Part shown: piece after piece, positions 25,510 to 35,299 of the stretch
How the letters are laid out: the number at the start of each line of letters is the position of its first letter
How positions within the stretch are numbered: the first letter of the stretch is position 1
Source of the DNA: a virus
Length of the DNA stretch: 64,000 nt
IMG/VR virus record: IMGVR_UViG_3300009124_000001
Direction: 5' to 3' (one strand)
Made by a program: the position numbers and the translations under genes
The notes under the pieces: generated by a model
What the model was told of the DNA's origin: nothing
The model's input: the letters and a program-made list of their open reading frames with translations, nothing else
Database searches by the model: none

Positions 25510-27093
25510 TTACTCCTTGTAAATCGTTTGTTTTAAGAACTCGTAACTTGACGGTAGTTTACTGCACCAATCATACATCTCCTTCTCCCATTCGTCAAAC
25601 CTGAGGTCTGCCGTCGCAATCTCCTGTTCATCAACTTCTGGGATTAGACCATTCTGTAATCGTTTAAGATGCAACGTATGCCTATTTATAGGACTGAACC
25701 CCATACCTGCTGCAATGTACCTTAGACCATCATTGTGTGCTGGATCACCTGCAAATTCATAGATAACATTCTTCTCTGATGCATATCTCATGAAAAGATT
25801 ATCTAATGCACCAGTAGAGAAATCATACTGAATATGATCAGATACTTCTTCCCAATACTTTGTCTGTCTAGCAGAGAAGGCATAGTGGGCAGCAATAAAG
25901 TTCTTGAATCCTTCAATCTCCAAGTCACACACTAAGTTTAGCATGTCAACTTCGACACGAGGAACAATACCTTCACGTCCAGCAAGAGTATTACATAGTC
26001 TCACGATCTGCTCATGTGTTGTGAGCAAACCAGTTGCTTCTAATGGTTCAACAAAACAATTAGATAGACCAACTGCACAGACATTCTTTACCCATGATCT
26101 CTTGTGCTTACCATTCTTGAATGGAACTTTTCTGAATGATGCTTCACCTGCTCTCTTACTACCTCTGGTCTTACAGAGATAATTGTAGAGTTCAAGTTCA
26201 GGATCATCAGTGAAGTCTTTGGAGTGAACATATCCAACACCAGATCTCTCCCACAGGGGAACATCCCACACCCAACCATTATCAATGGCAGTGCAGTTTG
26301 TGCTGTTTGTAATATCTTTCTCTTTGTCTTCGTGTGGCATGTGGCAGGTAACTGCCGTGTCATTGAGTAGACAACCACCATCATTTACATGGAAGGATAC
26401 AAACTCCTCACCCATGAATTTTTCAAGCAACAGTGACTTGAATCCTGTGCAATCAATATACAAATCATACTCTAACTTACGACCATCTGAGGTCTGTAAT
26501 GATTGTACCCACCCACGTTCATCTTTATGGCACACTTCTACATCGCCTTGAATATATTCAAGACCCATAGGTAGACACCAGTTCTCTTTCAACCACTGTC
26601 CAAACTTGATAGCATCCATATGGTATGCAGTATCTTGTTCAAACAAGAATGGTTTCTGATCTGTCATCTTGTTGTAGTGAGCAAGTTGCCCAACAAGATT
26701 ATGCAGACGTGCAAATGTGTTCCTAGTATATTTCTCTGGTTGCAGCAGATTGAGAGAAAACCACGACATCCAACCATGTGGACATAGATTTAGTCGCTCT
26801 TCTGCTGACCCGAAAGGATAATCCCAAGTTTCTCCTTTCTTGTAGAAATCATTGAATCGAATATTGACTTTATATGTGGATCCTGTATCTTTCATCCACA
26901 TGTGATCTTCTAAACCAAGGATGGCAAAGAAGTCATTGATCTGACCTAATGTAGATTCACCCACACCAATGGTGGGATAATTAGGTGACTCAATTAGTGA
27001 TGTTTTAATATGTGGGCAGAGTTTCAAAAGGGCGGCAGCGGTCATCCAACCAGCAGTGCCGCCCCCCACGATGAGGACATTACGAACGTGCAT
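25510..27093 (-). CDS. prnA: Flavin-dependent (tryptophan-type) halogenase
   Basis: GGGTAG; GVGEST; catalytic Lys TYKVNIRF; DCTGF; GWVWDVP; FVEPLEATG. Confidence 0.92.
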   Translation of the reverse strand: MHVRNVLIVGGGTAGWMTAAALLKLCPHIKTSLIESPNYPTIGVGESTLGQINDFFAILGLEDHMWMKDTGSTYKVNIRFNDFYKKGETWDYPFGSAEERLNLCPHGWMSWFSLNLLQPEKYTRNTFARLHNLVGQLAHYNKMTDQKPFLFEQDTAYHMDAIKFGQWLKENWCLPMGLEYIQGDVEVCHKDERGWVQSLQTSDGRKLEYDLYIDCTGFKSLLLEKFMGEEFVSFHVNDGGCLLNDTAVTCHMPHEDKEKDITNSTNCTAIDNGWVWDVPLWERSGVGYVHSKDFTDDPELELYNYLCKTRGSKRAGEASFRKVPFKNGKHKRSWVKNVCAVGLSNCFVEPLEATGLLTTHEQIVRLCNTLAGREGIVPRVEVDMLNLVCDLEIEGFKNFIAAHYAFSARQTKYWEEVSDHIQYDFSTGALDNLFMRYASEKNVIYEFAGDPAHNDGLRYIAAGMGFSPINRHTLHLKRLQNGLIPEVDEQEIATADLRFDEWEKEMYDWCSKLPSSYEFLKQTIYKE

Positions 27094-27100
27094 ATATTAA

Positions 27101-27640
27101 TCAAGCATCAGGGGCAGGTTGTTGTGCTTCGGGTGCGTACTTACCAAGACGAAACTCTCTCTGTGTATCATCATCGAGGTCAGATACACTCATCCAGGCG
27201 GGAATTTCTTCACCGTGGGGGAATGGTTCATCAGGCAATGCTTTAACCAGTTCAGTGCGTGTCTCACCAGTCATTTCATCAGTTACTGTAACCTCTTCAT
27301 ATTTTACAGTAGGTTGTGTCTCTCTTACAGTCTTGATATGCTCGTAGAACTTACCAGTCTTCGCTGCATCACCGAAGAGACCAGCATCAATATCCTTCCA
27401 GAGCATAGAAAGTTGCTCACCAGGATCGCCATATGCTACCACACGAAGCATTTCTGGATCATGATACTCAAAGTCAGGAATCCACTCACCAAGTTCTAAC
27501 TTCCAGTCGATAGTTGCATCGTCAGGAATATCGACCCATTTCATCGATGAACCAGGACCAGTGTAGATCTCAAACTCTTCGCCTGCTTCTACAATGTCTG
27601 TGATAAATCCGTCACAGCGGACAAGTGCTCTTTTTGTCAT
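27101..27640 (-). CDS. Putative tail fibre assembly/chaperone protein
   Basis: R..AY..GEQL.MLWKDI.AG..F...IK.V...P module, directly after fibre genes. Confidence 0.6.
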   Translation of the reverse strand: MTKRALVRCDGFITDIVEAGEEFEIYTGPGSSMKWVDIPDDATIDWKLELGEWIPDFEYHDPEMLRVVAYGDPGEQLSMLWKDIDAGLFGDAAKTGKFYEHIKTVRETQPTVKYEEVTVTDEMTGETRTELVKALPDEPFPHGEEIPAWMSVSDLDDDTQREFRLGKYAPEAQQPAPDA

Positions 27641-27649
27641 TGGTTTAGA

Positions 27650-28450
27650 TTAATCGAATTCGTAGACTACAACAATACCCTGGCGACCGTCACCACCACG
27701 CTCGGAGTTACGACCTGAGGAACCACCAGCACCATAGGCAGCGTGAGCGCGATGGCGCTGTGCCCATTGTTGCTGTCTATGTGATGTGGGTGAAGATCCA
27801 CCCCAGAAAGATGTACCACCGTGACCTAAACCAGGAGGATTTCTATGACCTTGGGATGAACCACCGTAGATTCTAACAGATCCTTGATTGGGGTTACCAC
27901 CAGTAGATCCGTCATGCTGTTGTCTACGGTTGGCACCTTGTCCACCACCAGATGAACAATAGTTGCCAAAAGAAGATGTCCCGCCGTTACCAGCACGACC
28001 AGAATAACCAGTACCACTACCGACACCACCAACAGTTACGGAGATAGAGTTAATGTTTTCCACATTAACAATGGTCTCAGTATGAGCACCAGCAGCGCCA
28101 GACTCACCATAACCTGATCCACCACCGCCACCACCAGTACACTTCACCCAGATACGCTTAATGCCGCTGGGTTTGTTCCAAGTGGAGTTGCCAGTGTAGA
28201 CAGAGATAGACTTAGGACCACCACCAGTTTGGATGGATGCCCAAGACATTGTACTGCCATTCGTGGACAGAAACTTACCAGATTGTCCAGACACAGACGG
28301 AATAACCTGTGCAGAACTACCAGCAATAGTTCCGTTAATGTTGATGTTAGAAACGGTAAGAGTACCGTTCACTGTAATAGATCCAGAACTGAGGTTTAGA
28401 CCACCAGAACCAGACAGGTCTCTAATAGAGGATACTTTTAGGGTACTCAT
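27650..28450 (-). CDS. Glycine-rich tail fibre/adhesin (paralogue B)
   Basis: MSTLKVSSI; GQSGKFLSTNG..SW; TWNKPSG..GGGGGG..GIVVVYEF. Confidence 0.8.
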   Translation of the reverse strand: MSTLKVSSIRDLSGSGGLNLSSGSITVNGTLTVSNININGTIAGSSAQVIPSVSGQSGKFLSTNGSTMSWASIQTGGGPKSISVYTGNSTWNKPSGIKRIWVKCTGGGGGGSGYGESGAAGAHTETIVNVENINSISVTVGGVGSGTGYSGRAGNGGTSSFGNYCSSGGGQGANRRQQHDGSTGGNPNQGSVRIYGGSSQGHRNPPGLGHGGTSFWGGSSPTSHRQQQWAQRHRAHAAYGAGGSSGRNSERGGDGRQGIVVVYEFD

Positions 28451-28473
28451 TGATTACTTGTCTCCTTCCTTGT

Positions 28474-28481
28474 TATTTATA
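28474..28481 (-). promoter_or_regulatory. T4-type late promoter
   Basis: Exact TATAAATA followed by AAGGAG RBS. Confidence 0.8.
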
Positions 28482-29285
28482 TCAAATAAATTCGTAGACA
28501 ACAATGATGCCTACACGACCATCACCTCCACGCTCACTGTTCCTAGCAGATGATCCACCAGCACCATAAGCAGCGTGTCCTCTATGACGTTGTGCCCATT
28601 GTTGTTGACGGTGTGCGGTTGGAGCAGAACCGCCCCAATATGAGTGACCACCATGACCTAGACCAGGAGGATTGCGGTGTCCCTGTGAGGATCCACCATA
28701 GATTCTGACTGAACCTTGGTTGGGAGTTCCACCAGTAGAACCTTCGTGCTGCTGACGACGGTTGGCACCTTGTCCACCACCAGATGAGCAATAGTTACCA
28801 AATGATGATGTACCACCGTTACCACCACGACCTTGATAGTTAGTGCCACCACCAGCGCCACCGACAGTAACACTAATCGAGTTGATGTTAGCAACATCTA
28901 CAAATGTCTCTGTGTGAGCACCAGCAGCACCTGATTCACCATAACCTGATCCACCACCGCCACCACCAGTACACATCACCCAGATACGTTTTACGCCTGA
29001 TGGTTTGTTCCAGGTAGAGTTACCATTATAGACAGAGATCGAATTAGGAATACCTAAGTTGATCGCATTTGCCTGCCAACTGATCGTCGAACCGTTGGTG
29101 TAAAGGAACCTACCAGAGTTACCACTCTGATTTGGAATAATATAACCAGAGGAACCAGAGATATTACCATTGATCACAATGTTTGTGACAGTGATAGTAC
29201 CGTTAGCAGTAATCGCTCCGTTCGAGAACGACATACCACCCTGATTATTCAGGTCCTTAACTTGTGCAACAGTAAGTCTAGTCAT
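28482..29285 (-). CDS. Glycine-rich tail fibre/adhesin (paralogue A)
   Basis: Collinear with 27650..28450. Confidence 0.8.
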   Translation of the reverse strand: MTRLTVAQVKDLNNQGGMSFSNGAITANGTITVTNIVINGNISGSSGYIIPNQSGNSGRFLYTNGSTISWQANAINLGIPNSISVYNGNSTWNKPSGVKRIWVMCTGGGGGGSGYGESGAAGAHTETFVDVANINSISVTVGGAGGGTNYQGRGGNGGTSSFGNYCSSGGGQGANRRQQHEGSTGGTPNQGSVRIYGGSSQGHRNPPGLGHGGHSYWGGSAPTAHRQQQWAQRHRGHAAYGAGGSSARNSERGGDGRVGIIVVYEFI

Positions 29286-29307
29286 TGTTAGAGGATCTTT
29301 CTTTTAT

Positions 29308-29865
29308 TTATTCAATAATAGGTGCTGGGCGCTCTGTCCCAGGTTCCAGATATTTCTGGTGTGCTGTCCATTCTTCATCGGTAGGATAATACCCAGGATG
29401 ATAGACCATTTGATTGACTTGTGCTCTCTCAAATGTATCAGGAGTATCGAATTGACCTCTCAGGATATGGAACTGAACAGTCTTTTCAATTTTCTCACCA
29501 GCATGAGTACACCAGAATGTGACGCTGTAAGTATTGTTATCTTCGATTCTTTCACCAGCAATAAATCCAGTAATAGAACACTGCTCAATAATCTGTTGGT
29601 CAGACTTGATAGGTCCCTTAGTTTCTTTTGTGAAGACTATTGCTTTGGTAGCATCACGGACAACAGTAATACCATACCACAGATCATCGTACTCTGTAAA
29701 GGTAGCACCATTAGTACCATCTTTCAAGAACGCAATGTCACAATTCACCTGAGGGAAATGGAACATTGTCCTAGATACAAAACATGTGCCTTCATCTAAA
29801 TCAAAGACACATGCAAATTTATCATGTCGATCATTATATTTGATCGTATCTCTATCTTCAATCAT
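29308..29865 (-). CDS. Hypothetical protein
   Basis: ATGA overlap with Gly-rich gene. Confidence 0.75.
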   Translation of the reverse strand: MIEDRDTIKYNDRHDKFACVFDLDEGTCFVSRTMFHFPQVNCDIAFLKDGTNGATFTEYDDLWYGITVVRDATKAIVFTKETKGPIKSDQQIIEQCSITGFIAGERIEDNNTYSVTFWCTHAGEKIEKTVQFHILRGQFDTPDTFERAQVNQMVYHPGYYPTDEEWTAHQKYLEPGTERPAPIIE

Positions 29866-30794
29866 ATTCTGTACCCAATAACAATTCTACCCACGCCACC
29901 ATTTCTGTTACCAGCACTGTTACGGAATGGGTGACTACTTTGTGCCACTGTACCGTAGTTTCCTGCTTCTGTAAAACTATTGAGTGCTGCACCACTAACG
30001 TAGTTAGATCCGCCCCCGCCACCAGCAGCGCCATGACAATCGCAACCAGGGTCACCACCAACGTTTCCACCACGGTATCCCCCGCCGCCACCACCGCCGC
30101 CAGAGCGGTCGCCACCAGGGCGTCCATTACTACCCACGCCACCATTTGCCTGAGCACAGCAACCGCCACCACCAGCACCACAGGATCCACCCTGTCCGTT
30201 CTGGTTTCCAGCGCCTCCCTGTCCAGCACCGCCACAACCTTCGCGACCGCCACCGCCGCCGCCTGCACCACCTACAATCCAGATGTTGCCATATGAACGA
30301 GAACCATTGTAGACAACACTACCAGCACCACCGCCACCACCACCAGCAGAGCAACCGCTACATCCTGCATATCTTCCTTGACCACCGTTGCACCACGATG
30401 ATCCATTACTTCCAGCACCACCTGCACCCCAGCAACCATGGCATCCAGAACCATTGCCACCACCGCCGCCGACGTTAGTGTATAAAGTTTGACCAGCAGT
30501 TACCTCAAATTCACCATATGCATAACCACCTGAACCACCAGCAGCACCACCTTGACCACCATTGCCACCAGCAGCACCCCATGCCCAAATGTAGACTGTA
30601 CCCACACCAGTACCCGTCACATCTTGCACACTAAATGTACTAGATCCAGAAGACTGCCAGGTATGAAGTTGTAAGTCATACCCATTGTCAGGATGAGTAC
30701 CAGTGATTACAGATCCACCATTACCAGTAACAAATGGTGTGCTAGATCCGCCACTTCCACCCAGAGAGGCAATTTTGTTAGTTCCGATCGGCAT
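29862..30794 (-). CDS. Gly/Cys-rich adhesin-like protein
   Basis: WGAAGG..GGSGGY..VGGGG polyglycine domain ending GGVGRIVIGY; 11 Cys. Confidence 0.75.
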   Translation of the reverse strand: MPIGTNKIASLGGSGGSSTPFVTGNGGSVITGTHPDNGYDLQLHTWQSSGSSTFSVQDVTGTGVGTVYIWAWGAAGGNGGQGGAAGGSGGYAYGEFEVTAGQTLYTNVGGGGGNGSGCHGCWGAGGAGSNGSSWCNGGQGRYAGCSGCSAGGGGGGAGSVVYNGSRSYGNIWIVGGAGGGGGGREGCGGAGQGGAGNQNGQGGSCGAGGGGCCAQANGGVGSNGRPGGDRSGGGGGGGGYRGGNVGGDPGCDCHGAAGGGGGSNYVSGAALNSFTEAGNYGTVAQSSHPFRNSAGNRNGGVGRIVIGYRI

Positions 30795-31660
30795 TACGGT
30801 TCGTACTTAGTAATTGTTCCAAAGCAATACCATGTGCTTCCATCAAGGAAGAACATGAACTGATAACCATCCCAGTGACCACCAGGAGTCAGATCAGTTG
30901 TATTGTAAGAGAGTGCTGCTGTTTGGTTATTAATTCTCACCGAGGTAATAGAACCATTACCATTCTGTTGTTGGATCATAACAGAGGCAGCATACATCAT
31001 GCCACCTTCTTCTGGAACATTAGAGAAGTTAAGGGTAAAGTTACCGTTATAACTTGTCGGGTTATTAGTAGAGAATACTGATGCCTGTGAGTGATCAACA
31101 GTTACGACACTTGCTTTGGCAAAGGAAATATGTCTTTCTTTTGTTTGACCAAATTCAAATGTAGAACCTGGGATCATCCTCAGGTGATTATTAACAGCAA
31201 CGTTATCATAATATCTATAAGAAGATAGATCTTCGTCAGCACCAATCAGTGTCCATGTTGCACCACTCTCAATGGTAACTGTAAAACCATTGGCAATGGT
31301 AATAGGCGCAGCAGAGAAACCGTTAGTAAATTCAGTGCCATTATTAGCAGTAGGACCAACAGTGAGGTTCTCACTAATTGTGGTTCCATTAGTTCTGATA
31401 ATAGAATCTTCACCAACAGAAGGTCCACCACCACCAACATCATCCCATCCAGGAGTACCAGGACCGTTGACATCAGGTAGATAACCCTGAATCATCTTTT
31501 CGGTAGAGTTGAAAACAATCGTACCGAGAGCAACTGTACCCAGAGCGTTTATCTGTGACTGATTCAGGATAGGCAGGTTGATCTGCTCTGTAACAGTGAG
31601 CGCAGTAATGATCGCTCTTGTTACAGCATCAATCTGATTTCCTATAATTTTGGTGGTCAT
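30794..31660 (-). CDS. Tail fibre-related structural protein
   Basis: GTIVFNST; IRTNGTTISENLT..NGFSA.PITI..G.TVTI..GATW. Confidence 0.7.
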   Translation of the reverse strand: MTTKIIGNQIDAVTRAIITALTVTEQINLPILNQSQINALGTVALGTIVFNSTEKMIQGYLPDVNGPGTPGWDDVGGGGPSVGEDSIIRTNGTTISENLTVGPTANNGTEFTNGFSAAPITIANGFTVTIESGATWTLIGADEDLSSYRYYDNVAVNNHLRMIPGSTFEFGQTKERHISFAKASVVTVDHSQASVFSTNNPTSYNGNFTLNFSNVPEEGGMMYAASVMIQQQNGNGSITSVRINNQTAALSYNTTDLTPGGHWDGYQFMFFLDGSTWYCFGTITKYEP

Positions 31661-31680
31661 TTATTCCGTGCGGTAGGTTA

Positions 31681-34600
31681 TTAGATAACGAGTTCACGAA
31701 TGTGGATAGTGTCACCAGTTGCAGGAGGTGTAGCGACAGAGAAGTCAACAGCATTACCTGTGACTGTGTAGTCTACGCCAGGAATTTGTGCAACACCATT
31801 TAAGAATACCAAAACAGAATATGCTGTGTGTCCAGGAGAGATGTTGAATGATTGAGATACACCATCTCCATTATATGTCACACCTGCATTACCATTAGCA
31901 ATACCAGTTGCTAATGAGTATTTATCAGAGCAACCATACTTGCCTGTCACGTCGATGTCACCATCAAAGAATGTATTGCCACTAACCTTCAATCGGTTAG
32001 AAGCATCTGGTGCCATACCAATACCATAATTAGTAACACCACTGAATCTATTGGATGTGATCGGAGTAGTATCACTCAGACCAAACTTGTACCATGTGCC
32101 AGAATCATAAATCCAACCAATAGATTGACCAGGAGTCCAGTCAATGTTGTAGCAAATGTCTCCACTGTTGAATGCAAGACCAGAATCAAGATCAGGCAAT
32201 CCAGCAACTTCCTCAGCGAGGAATGTCTGTCTCAGCACAGTACCATCGTCGTTAGAGTAGGTGAAGTTCAGAGACTGAATCTGATTCTGGGATGTAACTT
32301 TCTTCTGGAAGGTCACAGGACCAGAGAATACAGATTCCAACTGGTTAGATGCACCACCGATAACGGTGAGTTTATCAGTCAGCACCAGTTCAGAGAATGT
32401 CTCAATCGTTGTACCTTCTTCGCCCAACACGTTAAGTTGTGCAATATCTTCGTTAGTGATCTGACCTGTAACAGGGTTGATGACTTGGTTACCAACGAAC
32501 AGTTCACCGTCAGAGTTCACACCAGAGTAGTATGCAACACCTGCTGCTTCTTTGAGTGACTGAGACAGTCTAACCTGCTCGGGGGAGAGAACCTCAACCT
32601 GTGTAGATGGGAATGCAGTTGAATAGTTACCAGGACCGAAACCAAGGTATTCAAACGTGTGACCAGATGCACGAAGAATCGAATAACGACGAAGTTCAAT
32701 ACTCAGAGGAGCAACAGAGTTGTCAGGATTCAACTGTAACGGAATCATTCTCTCTTCTTCATCACCCAAACGTGCTGTCACAACAATGTTAGACAGGGTG
32801 TTTGTTGTAGTGGTGTATCCAAGATTGTTCTCCAATTCTTGCAGGAAGAACTGTGCAGTCTCCTTAGTAATAGATAACTGAGTATCTTCATTAGGTGTAG
32901 GAGTTGCACCATCAGTAGTTCTAACCAGACCCAGAACCTCATTGTCTGCAATAGACACGGCAGCGGCAGGGTCAGCAACAGGGTTATCTCTGTCGAATGC
33001 AGGATAGATGTCTACTGTCTGCTGAGAGAACTCAAAATCATCGAAATTAGAGGTGATAGGAGATACCGACGCAGACAGAAGTGTCAGGTAGTAAATACCA
33101 TCAGTCTCACCAATCACAAACTCTTGGAATGTCTCTACATCATAGATGTAGTATGTCTTAGAGTATGCAGGTGAGTTAGTTTCAGATGATCTAGGTTGCA
33201 GAACGAAACCAGTGATCGGAGGACGAGGAATCGGGAATGCATCCTTATCCAGAACATAACGGAAACGATAAGTTCTGTCATTCAGGTCACGAGCATCGGG
33301 CACACGACGGATGAACGTTGTCGGTGTGAATCCAAGGTTCTGATATAGAGAGTTCGCTTGCAGTGTGGTGTAGATAGTGTTGTTGGCGTTATCTACTTGC
33401 AGATACCATTGACCACGGTTGGTGTCATATTTGATTGGGTTATCATCATCACCTGCTCTTGTGCCTGTTACATCAGGACCAGAAGGTGTAATGTCTGCAT
33501 AGTGTGTAGTGGGTTCAGACGCGCCAGACGCGACAAGTGCAACATAGACTCTATCGGGAGTATTGACATCATCGCGTCTTGCGCCAATAGTATAACCCTG
33601 AATCTTGCTGGGTGGTCTACCCAGTTCAGATGTATATCCATACAGATAGAGACGAGTATTGTCTGCTTCTGCACGAGTTGCATTAATATCAATAGTCACC
33701 CAGTTGATTGAAATCTCATCAACATCATCAAGAGACTTGGGTGGAATGATATGAGTGATCTGACCTGCTTTATCTTTGGTGAATGCACTCGCCTTGAAAC
33801 CTTTCGATCTCAGTGATGTATTACCGAAATTGGAGTTCGAGTTAGTAATAGAGAGGTCACCACCACTATCAGCGAAGAAGTGATCACCGAATCCCACAGC
33901 GAAGACGGACACCACCTGAATAAACGAATCATTACTTGCTTTAATGTGAGCATGTCTCCATCCCTTACGATACTCTGCGAGACCGTTGATATGAGCACCA
34001 GAACCTGCTGCTTGTGGTTCATAGTTACCCGATGATGGGTTATAAACTACGAACGCACGGTCATCTTTTTGCAGGGAGATTCCAGTGAACTGTGCAACCA
34101 CCATCGATTTGAAACCAGTAGCACGCGAACCATCAGCGTGCATACCGTTGATACCCCACACAGAACGTAGGGACATGTTAAACACATATGGTGATGCAGA
34201 GTCAACTGTATCGATCTCAACTTTCACCAAGATGTTGGAACCGATAGCATTACCTGACGGTTCTGCTGACATCTGATAGGTGAACTGATTACCTTGGGCA
34301 GATGTTACCAGGAACGATCCATTATAGAGGAGTTTATCCTGCTCAGTAGGACCATTAACGCCAGAAATATTAACAGCGACACCCACGGAGAATCCATGAT
34401 TCTTCGGATTGCCGAGTTCGTCAACAGTAAATGCCGTAGCAGTTTGTCCATTTCTGATAATCTGCGAGATAGCAAATTCGTCCGAAATCGGACCAACAAT
34501 TCTGTTTTCTTCGATTCTTGCTTGCAACTGGTCCTGTGCAACAACACCAGAGGAGTCAGGAATCGTAGCATATGCTTTCGAGATCTTCTGGTAGTACAGA

Positions 34601-35253
34601 TTCAGATCTTCTACGTTAGCAAACTCAAAGCAAGTGAGTTTGTGGTGAGAGAAGTTCGGAGCAATAGTTGCAATGTCATCGCCACGATAGTAGACACCAT
34701 TGGTATCACCATCGAAGAAAGATGCCTGCCAGAAGTAACAACCACCTGTTAGGTTAAAGATCGCAGAAGCAGTAGGTTCATTAGTAGCAGTAATACCGAG
34801 ACTACCCTGTACTGTGGGATAAGGGACATATTTCGGAATGAACTTGGTTCGACGTAGGTCCGAACCAACAACAGAAGCACCACGAGGGACAATAATACCA
34901 CCGCGAGTTGAATTAAACTTATAAAGAACATTGCTACTACTCGTTAGATCAAAGTTAGTATTAACATCAAATGGTTGAACATCATTATAGTCAGCAACGC
35001 CAGGTCTGTTATCCAGAACGTAGTCAGAAGGATACAGATAGATCGAGAATGCGTCAAATTCGTCATTACTCAGACCGACACGATACGAGAAACGTGCCAC
35101 TTCAAGGAAGGCACGTTGCAGCGTCTTGAACGGACGCAATGCCGAGTTACCTCGGTTATCATATGCGTCCGATGCATCGAAGTCGTCTGGGTTGACGTAG
35201 ATAATACGTCCCGTACGGGACGTAATGATATTTTTAAGACGAGTAAGTGCCAT
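31681..35253 (-). CDS. Tail fibre/tailspike-like virion protein
   Basis: IYVNPDD.DASD..N.GNS..RPFKT.QRA; GSDLRRT; C-terminal VFLNGVAQ.PG.DYTV. Confidence 0.8.
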   Translation of the reverse strand: MALTRLKNIITSRTGRIIYVNPDDFDASDAYDNRGNSALRPFKTLQRAFLEVARFSYRVGLSNDEFDAFSIYLYPSDYVLDNRPGVADYNDVQPFDVNTNFDLTSSSNVLYKFNSTRGGIIVPRGASVVGSDLRRTKFIPKYVPYPTVQGSLGITATNEPTASAIFNLTGGCYFWQASFFDGDTNGVYYRGDDIATIAPNFSHHKLTCFEFANVEDLNLYYQKISKAYATIPDSSGVVAQDQLQARIEENRIVGPISDEFAISQIIRNGQTATAFTVDELGNPKNHGFSVGVAVNISGVNGPTEQDKLLYNGSFLVTSAQGNQFTYQMSAEPSGNAIGSNILVKVEIDTVDSASPYVFNMSLRSVWGINGMHADGSRATGFKSMVVAQFTGISLQKDDRAFVVYNPSSGNYEPQAAGSGAHINGLAEYRKGWRHAHIKASNDSFIQVVSVFAVGFGDHFFADSGGDLSITNSNSNFGNTSLRSKGFKASAFTKDKAGQITHIIPPKSLDDVDEISINWVTIDINATRAEADNTRLYLYGYTSELGRPPSKIQGYTIGARRDDVNTPDRVYVALVASGASEPTTHYADITPSGPDVTGTRAGDDDNPIKYDTNRGQWYLQVDNANNTIYTTLQANSLYQNLGFTPTTFIRRVPDARDLNDRTYRFRYVLDKDAFPIPRPPITGFVLQPRSSETNSPAYSKTYYIYDVETFQEFVIGETDGIYYLTLLSASVSPITSNFDDFEFSQQTVDIYPAFDRDNPVADPAAAVSIADNEVLGLVRTTDGATPTPNEDTQLSITKETAQFFLQELENNLGYTTTTNTLSNIVVTARLGDEEERMIPLQLNPDNSVAPLSIELRRYSILRASGHTFEYLGFGPGNYSTAFPSTQVEVLSPEQVRLSQSLKEAAGVAYYSGVNSDGELFVGNQVINPVTGQITNEDIAQLNVLGEEGTTIETFSELVLTDKLTVIGGASNQLESVFSGPVTFQKKVTSQNQIQSLNFTYSNDDGTVLRQTFLAEEVAGLPDLDSGLAFNSGDICYNIDWTPGQSIGWIYDSGTWYKFGLSDTTPITSNRFSGVTNYGIGMAPDASNRLKVSGNTFFDGDIDVTGKYGCSDKYSLATGIANGNAGVTYNGDGVSQSFNISPGHTAYSVLVFLNGVAQIPGVDYTVTGNAVDFSVATPPATGDTIHIRELVI

Positions 35254-35299
35254 TTATTCGGATTCCTACTAGGGTCGCGGTTAGTCCTAGGACTATTTA

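Noticed and set aside
21220-27093. Classical small RiPP precursor (Nif11/prochlorosin-like) for the enzyme cluster
   Set aside because: No leader-core peptide, LanM/YcaO/rSAM enzyme, protease or exporter seen
27650-29285. Possible DGR template/variable repeat pair
   Set aside because: Differences are mostly synonymous and not adenine-specific, both copies are full genes, and no reverse transcriptase is in the window
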